From NCBI GenBank assembly GCA_963663035.1, contig OY760074.1, positions 3,424,001 through 3,488,000 on the forward strand: DNA of 64,000 nucleotides, read 5' to 3'. A program made the translations under genes and the position numbers. Position 1 is the stretch's first letter. Each line of letters opens with the position of its first letter. The DNA comes from Acidobacteriota bacterium. GTDB taxonomy: Bacteria > Acidobacteriota > UBA6911 > RPQK01 > JADFOI01. Under the pieces are notes generated by a model that saw nothing but the letters and a program-made list of their open reading frames with translations, did not search any database and had not been told where the DNA came from. Shown one piece after another: positions 31,026-39,880 of this stretch.

Positions 31026-31247
31026 AAAGACCTCCCTGTTACTTCAACGGTTGCTGAGAACGGTCACGAGAAAACCGGCAGATGTTACCTCCTTGTGCCG
31101 CAGTTCGGAATTGTAAGATCCTTACCATCATGAAGTCAATTGAAAATTGCACCGAGTCAAGAAAGGCTTGACTCGGTGCCTCAGTTGCGATTGGATAGTG
31201 GCTGCAACATCTTTGCAACTAGGCAACAAGAGGAGGTGATGGAAGAG

Positions 31248-31682
31248 ATGATTACCGTAAAAAGGCTTTCCATAGATGATGCCAAGCTCCTGGTAGAGGG
31301 TGCTGAACAGAAATCCCGCGAGATCGGGGTGCCCATGTGTATTGCTGTAGCCGACGAATCAGGAAATCTACTTGCCTTTCTCCGTATGGAGGGAGCGAAA
31401 GTGTCAAGCATCGATATTGCAATCAACAAGGCATTTACTTGCGCTGCTGCCAGGAAGGGAACCCACGAGTACAACAAGCTTGCTGTGCCGGGCAAACCGA
31501 CTTTCGGAATCCACGCCACAAATCAAGGGCGCTTTTCGATAATCGGCGGAGGTCTTCCCTTGGTCATCGATGAGGACGTGGTAGGGGGTATCGGGATCAG
31601 TGCTGGTACCGCAGAGGAAGACCAAGTCGTGGCCCAGGGGGCCATAGATTACTCCCTGGACAAGATTACAGCTGGCAGCTAG
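31248..31682 (+). CDS. GlcG/HbpS family haem-binding protein
   Basis: IAVADESGNL..F.RM, IAINKAFT, GGLPL, GGIGISAG..EED; AGGAGG RBS. Confidence 0.85.
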   Translation: MITVKRLSIDDAKLLVEGAEQKSREIGVPMCIAVADESGNLLAFLRMEGAKVSSIDIAINKAFTCAAARKGTHEYNKLAVPGKPTFGIHATNQGRFSIIGGGLPLVIDEDVVGGIGISAGTAEEDQVVAQGAIDYSLDKITAGS

Positions 31683-31719
31683 TTGGCACCCAGGGTGAGA
31701 GTAATGAACGGGTGGAACA

Positions 31720-32613
31720 ATGTATCCTCAAGCTTTTGAGTATTTTTCTCCAGAAACCTTGGAGAGCGCCATTGAGCTCTTGTCCAAGTATGGCGAGGAT
31801 GCCAAGGTGTTGGCTGGTGGGCAGAGCCTCATTCCGCTCATGAAGTTGAGGTTGGCGAGTCCGAAATACCTGGTCAATCTGGACGGAATTGAGGGGATGT
31901 CCGGAATCGAAGAGCAGGAGGGGATCATCTCGTTTGGAGCCTTGACGCGTCACGCCGAGATCGAAGAATCGACGGTAGTCAAATCGAAGCTCCCCATGAT
32001 GCACGATGCTGTCAGCGTTATTGGCGATGTCCAGATTCGCAACCTGGGCACGATCGGGGGGAGTTTGGCTCATGCCGATCCGGCTGGAGACCTGGCTCCT
32101 GTTCTGCTCGCATTGGGCGCCTCAGTGAACACCCTCAGCTCTAGCGGAGAGCGAACCCTGAAGCTCGATGAGCTTATTGTGGATGCTTATTCGACAGACC
32201 TGGGCAGTGATGAGGTGATCACCCAGGTGCTGGTACCGGTCCCCCAGGCTGGCAGTGGCGGGGCCTATCTGAAGTTCGAACGTCGGGCCGGAGACTTTGC
32301 TGTGGCCAGCGTTGGGATACAGGTCAGTGTGAAGGAGGATGGTACCTGCGGCGACATCTCTGTTGCACTGGGAGCCGTGGGAGTCACAGCGATTCGTGCC
32401 AGGAAGGCAGAGGCATTGTTGCGGGAAAAGCAGGTGGACGAGGCTCTCCTGAAGGAGGCAGCGGCCCAGGCTTCTGGGGAAGCCGATCCCTTCTCCGATA
32501 TCCGGGGATCGGATGAGTACAAGCGTCATTTAGTCGGTGTGCTTTTTCAGAGAGCTTTTGCCATGGCTTTGAGGCGGGCCCGAGGGGAAGAGGTGAACAC
32601 GGCTCATGGCTGA
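31720..32613 (+). CDS. coxM: FAD-binding medium subunit of a CO dehydrogenase/xanthine dehydrogenase-family molybdoenzyme
   Basis: AGGQSLIP, QIRNLGTIGGSLAHADP, RRAGDFA. Confidence 0.85.
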   Translation: MYPQAFEYFSPETLESAIELLSKYGEDAKVLAGGQSLIPLMKLRLASPKYLVNLDGIEGMSGIEEQEGIISFGALTRHAEIEESTVVKSKLPMMHDAVSVIGDVQIRNLGTIGGSLAHADPAGDLAPVLLALGASVNTLSSSGERTLKLDELIVDAYSTDLGSDEVITQVLVPVPQAGSGGAYLKFERRAGDFAVASVGIQVSVKEDGTCGDISVALGAVGVTAIRARKAEALLREKQVDEALLKEAAAQASGEADPFSDIRGSDEYKRHLVGVLFQRAFAMALRRARGEEVNTAHG

Positions 32614-32644
32614 GAAAAAAAAGTGATAAAAGGAGAAAAGTAAG

Positions 32645-33094
32645 ATGCAATTGGAAGGAGAATTTACCGTTCAGGCCGATCAAGAGACGGCCTATAAGTT
32701 CCTTGTCGATCCTGACCTGGTCACCCGCAGCATGCCGGATGTACAGGAAGTGGAAATAGAGGATGAGAATAACTTCACCGTAAAAGCCAAGGTGGGCATT
32801 TCCCACATTAGAGGGACAATGGTCATGAAAATGCGCATCGCCGAGAAGAAAGAACCGGTGAGTGCCAAGGTGGTTGGGCAAGGAGCAGGAATGGCAAGTG
32901 TCGTGGATATGACCACCATCTTCACCCTGGAGAAGGCAGGAGAGGGGGAGACTCGAATTACCTGGAGTGGCGAGATGAAGGTTGGAGGTAAACTGGCCTC
33001 CTTTGGAGCCGGGGGGCTTATGGAACGTGTTGCCAAAAAGAATCTCGAGAAGTTCGTCGCTGGCATCCAGGAGGGTATACAAGCAAGCACTTAG
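32645..33094 (+). CDS. coxG: Carbon monoxide dehydrogenase subunit G (SRPBCC fold)
   Basis: 149 aa; DP...RSMP, KVGIS, VGGKLASFG. Confidence 0.8.
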   Translation: MQLEGEFTVQADQETAYKFLVDPDLVTRSMPDVQEVEIEDENNFTVKAKVGISHIRGTMVMKMRIAEKKEPVSAKVVGQGAGMASVVDMTTIFTLEKAGEGETRITWSGEMKVGGKLASFGAGGLMERVAKKNLEKFVAGIQEGIQAST

Positions 33095-33112
33095 GGGCAG
33101 TTGCTCGAAATT

Positions 33113-33138
33113 TAGCCGGGATTATGCATAGATTTTCT
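33113..33138 (+). repeat. Solo end of the GCCGGGATTATGCATAG MITE-like family
   Basis: TAGCCGGGATTATGCATAGATTTTCT matches the left end of the element at 39669. Confidence 0.7.
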
Positions 33139-33152
33139 CCTGTTGCAAGGCT

Positions 33153-35321
33153 ATGAATTTCCCAAAGCTGAAATGGATTTTGCCTCTTTTGGTCCTGCTG
33201 ATCGCTGAATCGGCCCTCTTCGCTTCCCCACAGAAGGCAGTCTCAGCCCATTGGCGGGAGACCCCCATCACAATAGATGGTCAACTGGACGAGCCTGCCT
33301 GGGCTGTGGCCGAGCCCGTCTCGGATTTCGTTCAAGTGGAGCCAGTTGAGGGTGACCCTCCGACTGAACGTACGGAAGTGCGTGTTCTGTTTGATGACGA
33401 GAGGCTATACATTGGAGTCTACCTCTACGACTCAGCACCCGATCAGATACTGACCAATGACCTTCAGCGCGACTTCGACACTCATGAGAGCGATATCTTT
33501 GGAGTCATCATCGATGCCTTTAACAGCGATCGTGCCAGCGTTTCCTTCTTCACCAATTCGGGAGGCGCCAAACAGGACACCCAGGCGCTGAGCGACGGAC
33601 GCTACCTCAATCCATCTTGGGATGGCATTTGGTACACCGCTTCCATGGTTCAAGAGGACGGCTGGAGTAGTGAGATTGTCATTCCCTTTACAACCCTGCG
33701 CTTTGAAGCCCAAGAAAAGCAAACCATGGGGATTAATTTCAAGCGGAGGATCCGTCGCAAGAATGAGGATCTCTACTGGAGTCTCGTGCCTCGTCAATAC
33801 AACAGTCACCACGTTTCTGAGATTGGAGACCTGCTGTTTGACAGGGAGATCAGTCCCGGCCGCAACCTCCAACTGAAGCCTTTTCTTACCGCAGATCTGA
33901 CACAGGTGGACGTGGGCAGCGGAACATCCAACGACTTTTCTTCCGAAGGGGGACTGGATGTGAAGTACAGTCTCACCTCTGGGCTCACACTGGACGGGAC
34001 CTATAATACGGACTTCTCACAAGTCGAGGTCGATACGGCTCAAATCAATCTGACCCGTTTCAACTCATTTTTCCCGGAGAAAAGGGAATTCTTCCTGGAG
34101 AATGCCAATCTCTTTCAATTTGGTGAGATTCCAGGAGAACGGGGCCCTCGTCGCACCGAAGAGACCCAGCTCTTTTTCAGTCGCCGCATCGGTCTCTCAT
34201 CGTCGGGCCAGCCGCTCCCCTTACTGGGTGGGGCCAGACTATCGGGGCGAGTGGGCCGCTTTGGCCTGGGTTTGTTGAATATTCAACAGGAGGAATCCGA
34301 TGAAGGGACGCCCTCCAATAACTTCACAGTGATGCGCTTGCGCTATGATGTTCTTGGGAATTCAGACGTTGGAGCCATTTTCGTTGACCGCGAGGGGGGA
34401 GACCCGGGCGACTACAATCGCTCCTATGGAGTCGACGCGAATTTCCAATTTTTCCAAAATCTCACCCTGAACTCCTACCTGGCCAGGACACAGACTCCCG
34501 GTGCCAGCGGGGAAGATTTCGTGGGCAAGATCTCCGGCCAATGGAGTGACGGGTTTCTGCTGGTGAGAGGACTCTTTACGGAGATCGGTGAAAACTTCAA
34601 TCCGGAAGTCGGACTGTCTCCTCGCCGCGGCGTCCGGGTTTACCAATACCACTTCGATCTCAAACCACGCCCGGCGGGCGGTTTTATCCGGGAGTTTCAT
34701 CCTCACTCCAATACCAAGTACTATACGGATCGCGACAACATCACCTTAACGAAAGATGCTCACCATGCACTCTCGATCATCTTTGCCGATGGCGGTACCT
34801 TTGAAGTGAGCCATAACCCGCAGTTTGAGCGGCTGAGAGTTCCCTTTAGGTTGCGGGAGAATATCACCATCCCACCGGGAGACTACCGTTTCAACGAATT
34901 CAAGACCCAGTACACCTCCGATCGCAGCCAACTTTTGTCGGGTTCCATCAATCTGGAGAAGGCCGGCTTTTTCGGTGGGGATCGAACCAGTGTTGCCCTC
35001 TCGGGTACCCTTTTGGTCAAGCCTCGTCTCTCAACCCAAGTGGACTATAAATATAACTTTGTGGACGTGGAAGCGGGAAGTTTCCGGGCCGACCTCTATG
35101 GTTTTCGGCTGCACTATTCCTTTAGCTCTCGCATGTTCGCCGATCTCTTCCTACAGTACAACACGGACAGTGGGAAGATTCTGACCAACGCGCGCTTCAA
35201 TTTGATTCACCGTCCCTTGAGCGACATCACCCTGGTTTTTACCGAAGAGCGTTTCACCGGGGGCGTCACGGACATTACCCATGCCGTTATTTTCAAGTAC
35301 ACTCATTTACTGCAGTTTTAG
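33153..35321 (+). CDS. DUF5916 / CBM9-like domain protein, probable outer-membrane beta-barrel
   Basis: Signal peptide; YNTDFSQVEVD, FFPEKREFFLEN; ends KYTHLLQF. Confidence 0.85.
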   Translation: MNFPKLKWILPLLVLLIAESALFASPQKAVSAHWRETPITIDGQLDEPAWAVAEPVSDFVQVEPVEGDPPTERTEVRVLFDDERLYIGVYLYDSAPDQILTNDLQRDFDTHESDIFGVIIDAFNSDRASVSFFTNSGGAKQDTQALSDGRYLNPSWDGIWYTASMVQEDGWSSEIVIPFTTLRFEAQEKQTMGINFKRRIRRKNEDLYWSLVPRQYNSHHVSEIGDLLFDREISPGRNLQLKPFLTADLTQVDVGSGTSNDFSSEGGLDVKYSLTSGLTLDGTYNTDFSQVEVDTAQINLTRFNSFFPEKREFFLENANLFQFGEIPGERGPRRTEETQLFFSRRIGLSSSGQPLPLLGGARLSGRVGRFGLGLLNIQQEESDEGTPSNNFTVMRLRYDVLGNSDVGAIFVDREGGDPGDYNRSYGVDANFQFFQNLTLNSYLARTQTPGASGEDFVGKISGQWSDGFLLVRGLFTEIGENFNPEVGLSPRRGVRVYQYHFDLKPRPAGGFIREFHPHSNTKYYTDRDNITLTKDAHHALSIIFADGGTFEVSHNPQFERLRVPFRLRENITIPPGDYRFNEFKTQYTSDRSQLLSGSINLEKAGFFGGDRTSVALSGTLLVKPRLSTQVDYKYNFVDVEAGSFRADLYGFRLHYSFSSRMFADLFLQYNTDSGKILTNARFNLIHRPLSDITLVFTEERFTGGVTDITHAVIFKYTHLLQF

Positions 35322-35488
35322 AAGAAGGTACTCAGACGCCCGTGAAGTTCCGGCAACCGAGTCATCCCCTGTCATGCCTGCACCGGGACCCCAAGGGTTG
35401 CGGCGGCCCCTTTGGTTGAATCGACCCCTGCGCCCGGTCCCAGAGGCGTTCTATTTAAACGAGGAATTCTAAAGAAGGAGGAGCAAGA

Positions 35489-37273
35489 ATGTTGGCATTA
35501 GGCACCAAACGAAGAGTATTTCTGCTTGCGGCGTTTACGGTTGCCCTTACTGTGGCATGGACTGAAGCCCAGGAGATTCCTTCCGTTCTGGTTCGATATC
35601 CGGAGGTGGTTGTCCACAATGGAAAGATTGTCACCATGGATGACGATTCCCTGACGCTTCCCGGTTCTCCCGGTACCGTGGTTCAGGCGATGGCCGTGCG
35701 AGATGGCAGGGTTTTGGCGCTGGGGAGTGATGAGGAGGTACTGAGGCTGGTGGGTCCGGAGACACGCACTTTTGACGTCGGGGGCAGGACTGTGATCCCG
35801 GGACTGATCGAAAAACACAGTCACATCCACAACTATGCCATCGCTAACCACAACGAAGGGCTGGTTCTCCCTTTTTATGGCACTTCTGTGGGAGGGGATA
35901 ATGTCGAGGAGGTACTCAAAAACGTCCGCGATCATCTCAGCGAACTGAAAGACCAGGTGCAACCCGGATTGCCCATTTGGATGGCCATTCCCCGCCGAGT
36001 GGGTCCTTTAGCCATAGCCCGGGGTGTGCTGAATAAAAGGCTTCTGGATGAACTGGCTCCCAGACACCCGGTCTTTGTTCGCGCTCCCGTAAGCAGTTAT
36101 ATTTTCAATTCGGCGGGACGCAAGCTGTTGGATGAGTATGCTCCCAAGTATGCGGGGAAACCGGATGAAGCTGTTGTAGGTGGGCGCGTTGCGGAGATTT
36201 TTCTTAATGGTGCTGTCATGGTAGGACACGAAGAAGTGCTGGCTGCAGCGCTGGAGCGGGAAATGAGTCATTTTGCTTCCTTTGGAGTTACCACTATTGG
36301 AAGCCGGGTGCATACACCTGCCATCTTCAAGGCCTATCGCATCTTAGACAGCCTGGAGAGAATGCCTGCCCGTTTTGCCATTTACATGCACGCAGAACTC
36401 TCAGGACAAGCCGAATACTTCAAGTTCTATGGAGATCATACCGGGATGGGAAGCAGTGATTACCTGTGGGAAGCGGGTGTGAGCTTGGAGGGATTTGACA
36501 CTTTCAGCGGGGACGTCTGGTGTACGGATGTTCCTCCCATCGATCCCGTGGTGGCGGAGATGTTGGGGCGAGTGGAACCCTGCCGGGGCGCCCACGGCCA
36601 CTTGGAACGAGAACAGATCCAGGGGATGCTGGACGCCGAGTTGAGAACGGTGCAGATTCATGGGGGGGCCGATAAGACCATTGATTATTTCTTTGAGGCC
36701 CTCGAAGAGGCCATGGAAAAAACGGGAATGACGATTGAGGAGGTGCGCGCAAAACAGCATACCCTGGAACATCTTAGATTCGTCAGGCCCGACCAGATTG
36801 CCAAATTCAGGCATTATGGAATAATTGCCGGACCGGATAATGCTAGCTGCGCTAGGACTGCCGTCAATTGGTATGGAGAAAAGTATGCTACATGGGTCAA
36901 GCCGATTCGAAGTTTTGTGGAAGCGGGTGTCTACGTTGCCCATGCAGCTGACACTCACTTGAGAGAGGATGGGAACACTCCCTGGTCCAATATGTGGTGG
37001 GAAGTGACTCGCCAATGCGAAGATGGAAAGATCTACGGCGATGCATCAGAAGCGGTGGATCGGGTAACGGCTTTAAAAACCCATACCACCTGGGCAAGGA
37101 AGTATCTGGCAAGGGAGGACATTGGTTTTCTGAAAGCCGGGAATCTTGCAGACTTGGTGGTCCTGGACAAGGATTATTTCACGGTCCCAGTCGATGATAT
37201 TCCGTCGATTAAGGCGGTGTTGACGATAGTGGGGGGCAAGGTGAGCCATCAGAGTCGCGATGTCTCCTTTTGA
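35489..37273 (+). CDS. Exported amidohydrolase (Amidohydro_3-like), paralogue 7
   Basis: Signal peptide ending TEA; PGLIEKHSH; GFLKAGNLADLVVLDKD. Confidence 0.85.
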   Translation: MLALGTKRRVFLLAAFTVALTVAWTEAQEIPSVLVRYPEVVVHNGKIVTMDDDSLTLPGSPGTVVQAMAVRDGRVLALGSDEEVLRLVGPETRTFDVGGRTVIPGLIEKHSHIHNYAIANHNEGLVLPFYGTSVGGDNVEEVLKNVRDHLSELKDQVQPGLPIWMAIPRRVGPLAIARGVLNKRLLDELAPRHPVFVRAPVSSYIFNSAGRKLLDEYAPKYAGKPDEAVVGGRVAEIFLNGAVMVGHEEVLAAALEREMSHFASFGVTTIGSRVHTPAIFKAYRILDSLERMPARFAIYMHAELSGQAEYFKFYGDHTGMGSSDYLWEAGVSLEGFDTFSGDVWCTDVPPIDPVVAEMLGRVEPCRGAHGHLEREQIQGMLDAELRTVQIHGGADKTIDYFFEALEEAMEKTGMTIEEVRAKQHTLEHLRFVRPDQIAKFRHYGIIAGPDNASCARTAVNWYGEKYATWVKPIRSFVEAGVYVAHAADTHLREDGNTPWSNMWWEVTRQCEDGKIYGDASEAVDRVTALKTHTTWARKYLAREDIGFLKAGNLADLVVLDKDYFTVPVDDIPSIKAVLTIVGGKVSHQSRDVSF

Positions 37274-37326
37274 AGATTCGCGAAATTCAGGTTCTTGTTG
37301 ATGTGGGAAGATAAGGGGACTCACGA

Positions 37327-39669
37327 TTGACATTCCCGATGGCGATGACCCTGGCCATCCTTCTGCTGGCCGTTGTGCTGTTCGTGACCGAGCGGCTGCG
37401 GGTCGATGTGGTGGCCATGGTGGTTTTAGTCAGCCTGGTTCTGACCGGCTTGGTCACTTCGGAGAAGGCACTATCCGGATTCAGTAACCCAGCGGTGGTG
37501 ACCGTCTGGGCAGTTTTCATTCTCAGTGGCGGCCTCTCTCGGACGGGTGTGGCCAACCTGGTGGGCCGATATCTCCTACGCCTGGCCAACCACGGCGAAG
37601 TCCGACTTTCAGTGATGATCATGCTGACGGCTGGTATCCTGTCGGCTTTCATGAACAACGTGGGTGTGGTCGCGCTGCTTTTGCCCGTGGTCATGGATAT
37701 TTCCCGCCGCACCGGCACTTTGCCCTCAAAGTTGTTGATCCCTCTATCTTTTAGCGGACTCCTGGGTGGGCTCACCACCCTCATCGGTACGCCACCGAAT
37801 ATTCTCATCAGTAACCTGGCGGATGACTTCGGTATGAGCCCCTTTCGGTTTTTCGATTTCACGCCGGTCGGCCTGCCCGTTATGTTAGCTGGGATTGCCT
37901 TTCTGGCCCTGATTGGGCCTCGCCTCCTGCCCACAAGAGACTTGAGCAAAGTGGCTACGCGCGGCGAAACAGATCTGAAAAAGTTCTTCACCTTGGATGA
38001 GCAAATGTTCATTGTAGGCTTGGGGCCGGACTCCTTTTTGGCCGGCAAGACCCTGGCTCAAAGCCGCCTGGGCTCAGCTCTGGGGTTGATCGTCATTGGC
38101 ATTATCCGCGATGGGCGAACCAAATTGGCGCCTCATCCCAACACCACTCTTAAAGCTGGGGACAGATTACTAGTTGAGGGACAGCCGACTCAGTTCACCG
38201 AACTCCGTGGGCAACAGCTTGTGGTGGAAGACGATGACGTGAGCGTCGAGAGACTGATTACATCTGAAATCAATATGGCCGAGGTCAGGCTCTCCCTCGA
38301 TTCCGCACTTCTGGGCCAGACAGTGAAGGAAATAGATTTCCGCCGGCTTATGGGGATTAACGTACTGACCCTTTGGCGCCAGGGCGTCCCTCAAAAGAGT
38401 AACCTGCAGGATACTCCGCTGCAGACTGGAGACATCTTGCTGGTACAGGCAGCACGTGCACAGCTGGATGCGCTGAGGGATGATCCCAACATTATCGTCT
38501 CCAGAGTCGACCAGGCCAGAGTCTATCAACTGAACGAAAGGCTTCTCCTGGTGGGGGTCCCGCCGGAATCACTCCTGGTCGGGAAGACCTTGGCCGAGAG
38601 CCGGCTGGGGGATGCCTTCGGTGTGACGGTGTTAGGTATCGTCCGCGAGGGGACGACCCATCTGATGCCCAAGCCTTCAGAAGAACTGAAGGCTGGTGAC
38701 AGTTTGCTGGTTGAAGGACAGCTGGACGACCTGGTGACGATGCGTGGCCTCCAGACCCTGGAAGTGGAGTCCCAGGCCCCGCCAGACCTCAGCGAGCTGG
38801 AGTCGGAAAGCATCGGCCTGACAGAGGTGGTGCTAACCCCTCACACCACCCTGGTAGGGAAAACACTGGGCCAGCTTCACTTCCGCGAAAAATACGGGTT
38901 AAGTGTGCTGGCTATATGGCGCGAGGGTGAGGTCTATCGCTCCGACCTGCGTGACATGGAACTGCGCTTCGGCGATGCTCTTTTGTTTCACGGTCCTCGA
39001 GAGAAGTTGAAGATACTGAGCGATGAACCGGATTTTCTGGTGCTAACCGGGAAAGTGCAGGCAGTGCCACTGCTGCACAAAGCGCCCATCGCTACTCTGG
39101 TGATGGTTTTTGTGGTGCTGTCGGTCATGCTTGGGTGGCTTCCGATTTCCATGGCCACCGTGGCAGGAGCGACCGTGATGATCCTGACGGGCTGCCTGAC
39201 GATGGACGAGGCTTACCGCTTTATCGACTGGCGCGCCGTCTTTCTCATCGCCGGCATGCTGTCCTTGGGGGTTGCCATCCAGGAAAGCGGCACTTCACAG
39301 TTCATCTCCCAGGCTATCCTCTCACCGATCGGTGGGTTTGGGCCACTGGCCGTGCTGACCGGTGTCTTTGTCATAACCGCCCTGGCTGCCCAGGTCATGC
39401 CCACTCCCGCTGTGGCAGTGCTGATGGCTCCCATTGCCTTGAACACCGCTTCCACGTTCGGCATGTCCCCGCAAGCCCTCCTGATGACGGTGGCGATGGC
39501 TGCCTCTGCCAGCTTTATGAGCCCGGTGGCTCACCCGGCCAACATGCTTGTGATGGGCCCCGGCGGCTATCGCTTTACCGACTACACCAAGATAGGCTTG
39601 CCCCTCACGCTGGTGATCCTGGTGGTGGTCTTGCTGGTGCTGCCCATCTTCTGGCCCCTCTATCCTTAG
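37327..39669 (+). CDS. SLC13 family permease with four TrkA-C (RCK_C) domains
   Basis: FMNN, TTLIGTPPN and PGGYRFTDY motifs; four repeats of ..P.S.L.GKTL... Confidence 0.9.
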   Translation: MTFPMAMTLAILLLAVVLFVTERLRVDVVAMVVLVSLVLTGLVTSEKALSGFSNPAVVTVWAVFILSGGLSRTGVANLVGRYLLRLANHGEVRLSVMIMLTAGILSAFMNNVGVVALLLPVVMDISRRTGTLPSKLLIPLSFSGLLGGLTTLIGTPPNILISNLADDFGMSPFRFFDFTPVGLPVMLAGIAFLALIGPRLLPTRDLSKVATRGETDLKKFFTLDEQMFIVGLGPDSFLAGKTLAQSRLGSALGLIVIGIIRDGRTKLAPHPNTTLKAGDRLLVEGQPTQFTELRGQQLVVEDDDVSVERLITSEINMAEVRLSLDSALLGQTVKEIDFRRLMGINVLTLWRQGVPQKSNLQDTPLQTGDILLVQAARAQLDALRDDPNIIVSRVDQARVYQLNERLLLVGVPPESLLVGKTLAESRLGDAFGVTVLGIVREGTTHLMPKPSEELKAGDSLLVEGQLDDLVTMRGLQTLEVESQAPPDLSELESESIGLTEVVLTPHTTLVGKTLGQLHFREKYGLSVLAIWREGEVYRSDLRDMELRFGDALLFHGPREKLKILSDEPDFLVLTGKVQAVPLLHKAPIATLVMVFVVLSVMLGWLPISMATVAGATVMILTGCLTMDEAYRFIDWRAVFLIAGMLSLGVAIQESGTSQFISQAILSPIGGFGPLAVLTGVFVITALAAQVMPTPAVAVLMAPIALNTASTFGMSPQALLMTVAMAASASFMSPVAHPANMLVMGPGGYRFTDYTKIGLPLTLVILVVVLLVLPIFWPLYP

Positions 39670-39866
39670 CCGGGAGAATGCATAGATTTTCTACTGCAGT
39701 GCCGCAATCATCCGCGCTGACTGCGTTATGCGACCCGCAAGCGGGTACCCCTCGTCCGCCAGTCGGAGCCGCAGGCTTTAGCCTGCGGGCCCGTGGGCTA
39801 AAGCCCACGGCTCTGTTTTCCGGCGCCTGCGGCACTTCGTCACGAAAACCTATGCATTCTCCCGGC
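39669..39866. mobile_element. MITE-like non-autonomous element with an internal REP-like hairpin
   Basis: IRs GCCGGGAGAATGCATAGATTTTC / GAAAACCTATGCATTCTCCCGGC (one mismatch); TTA on both flanks; internal GGAGCCGCAGGCTTTAGCCTGCG...GGGCTAAAGCCCACGGCTC. Confidence 0.75.
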
Positions 39867-39880
39867 TTAGCCGAATTCCT

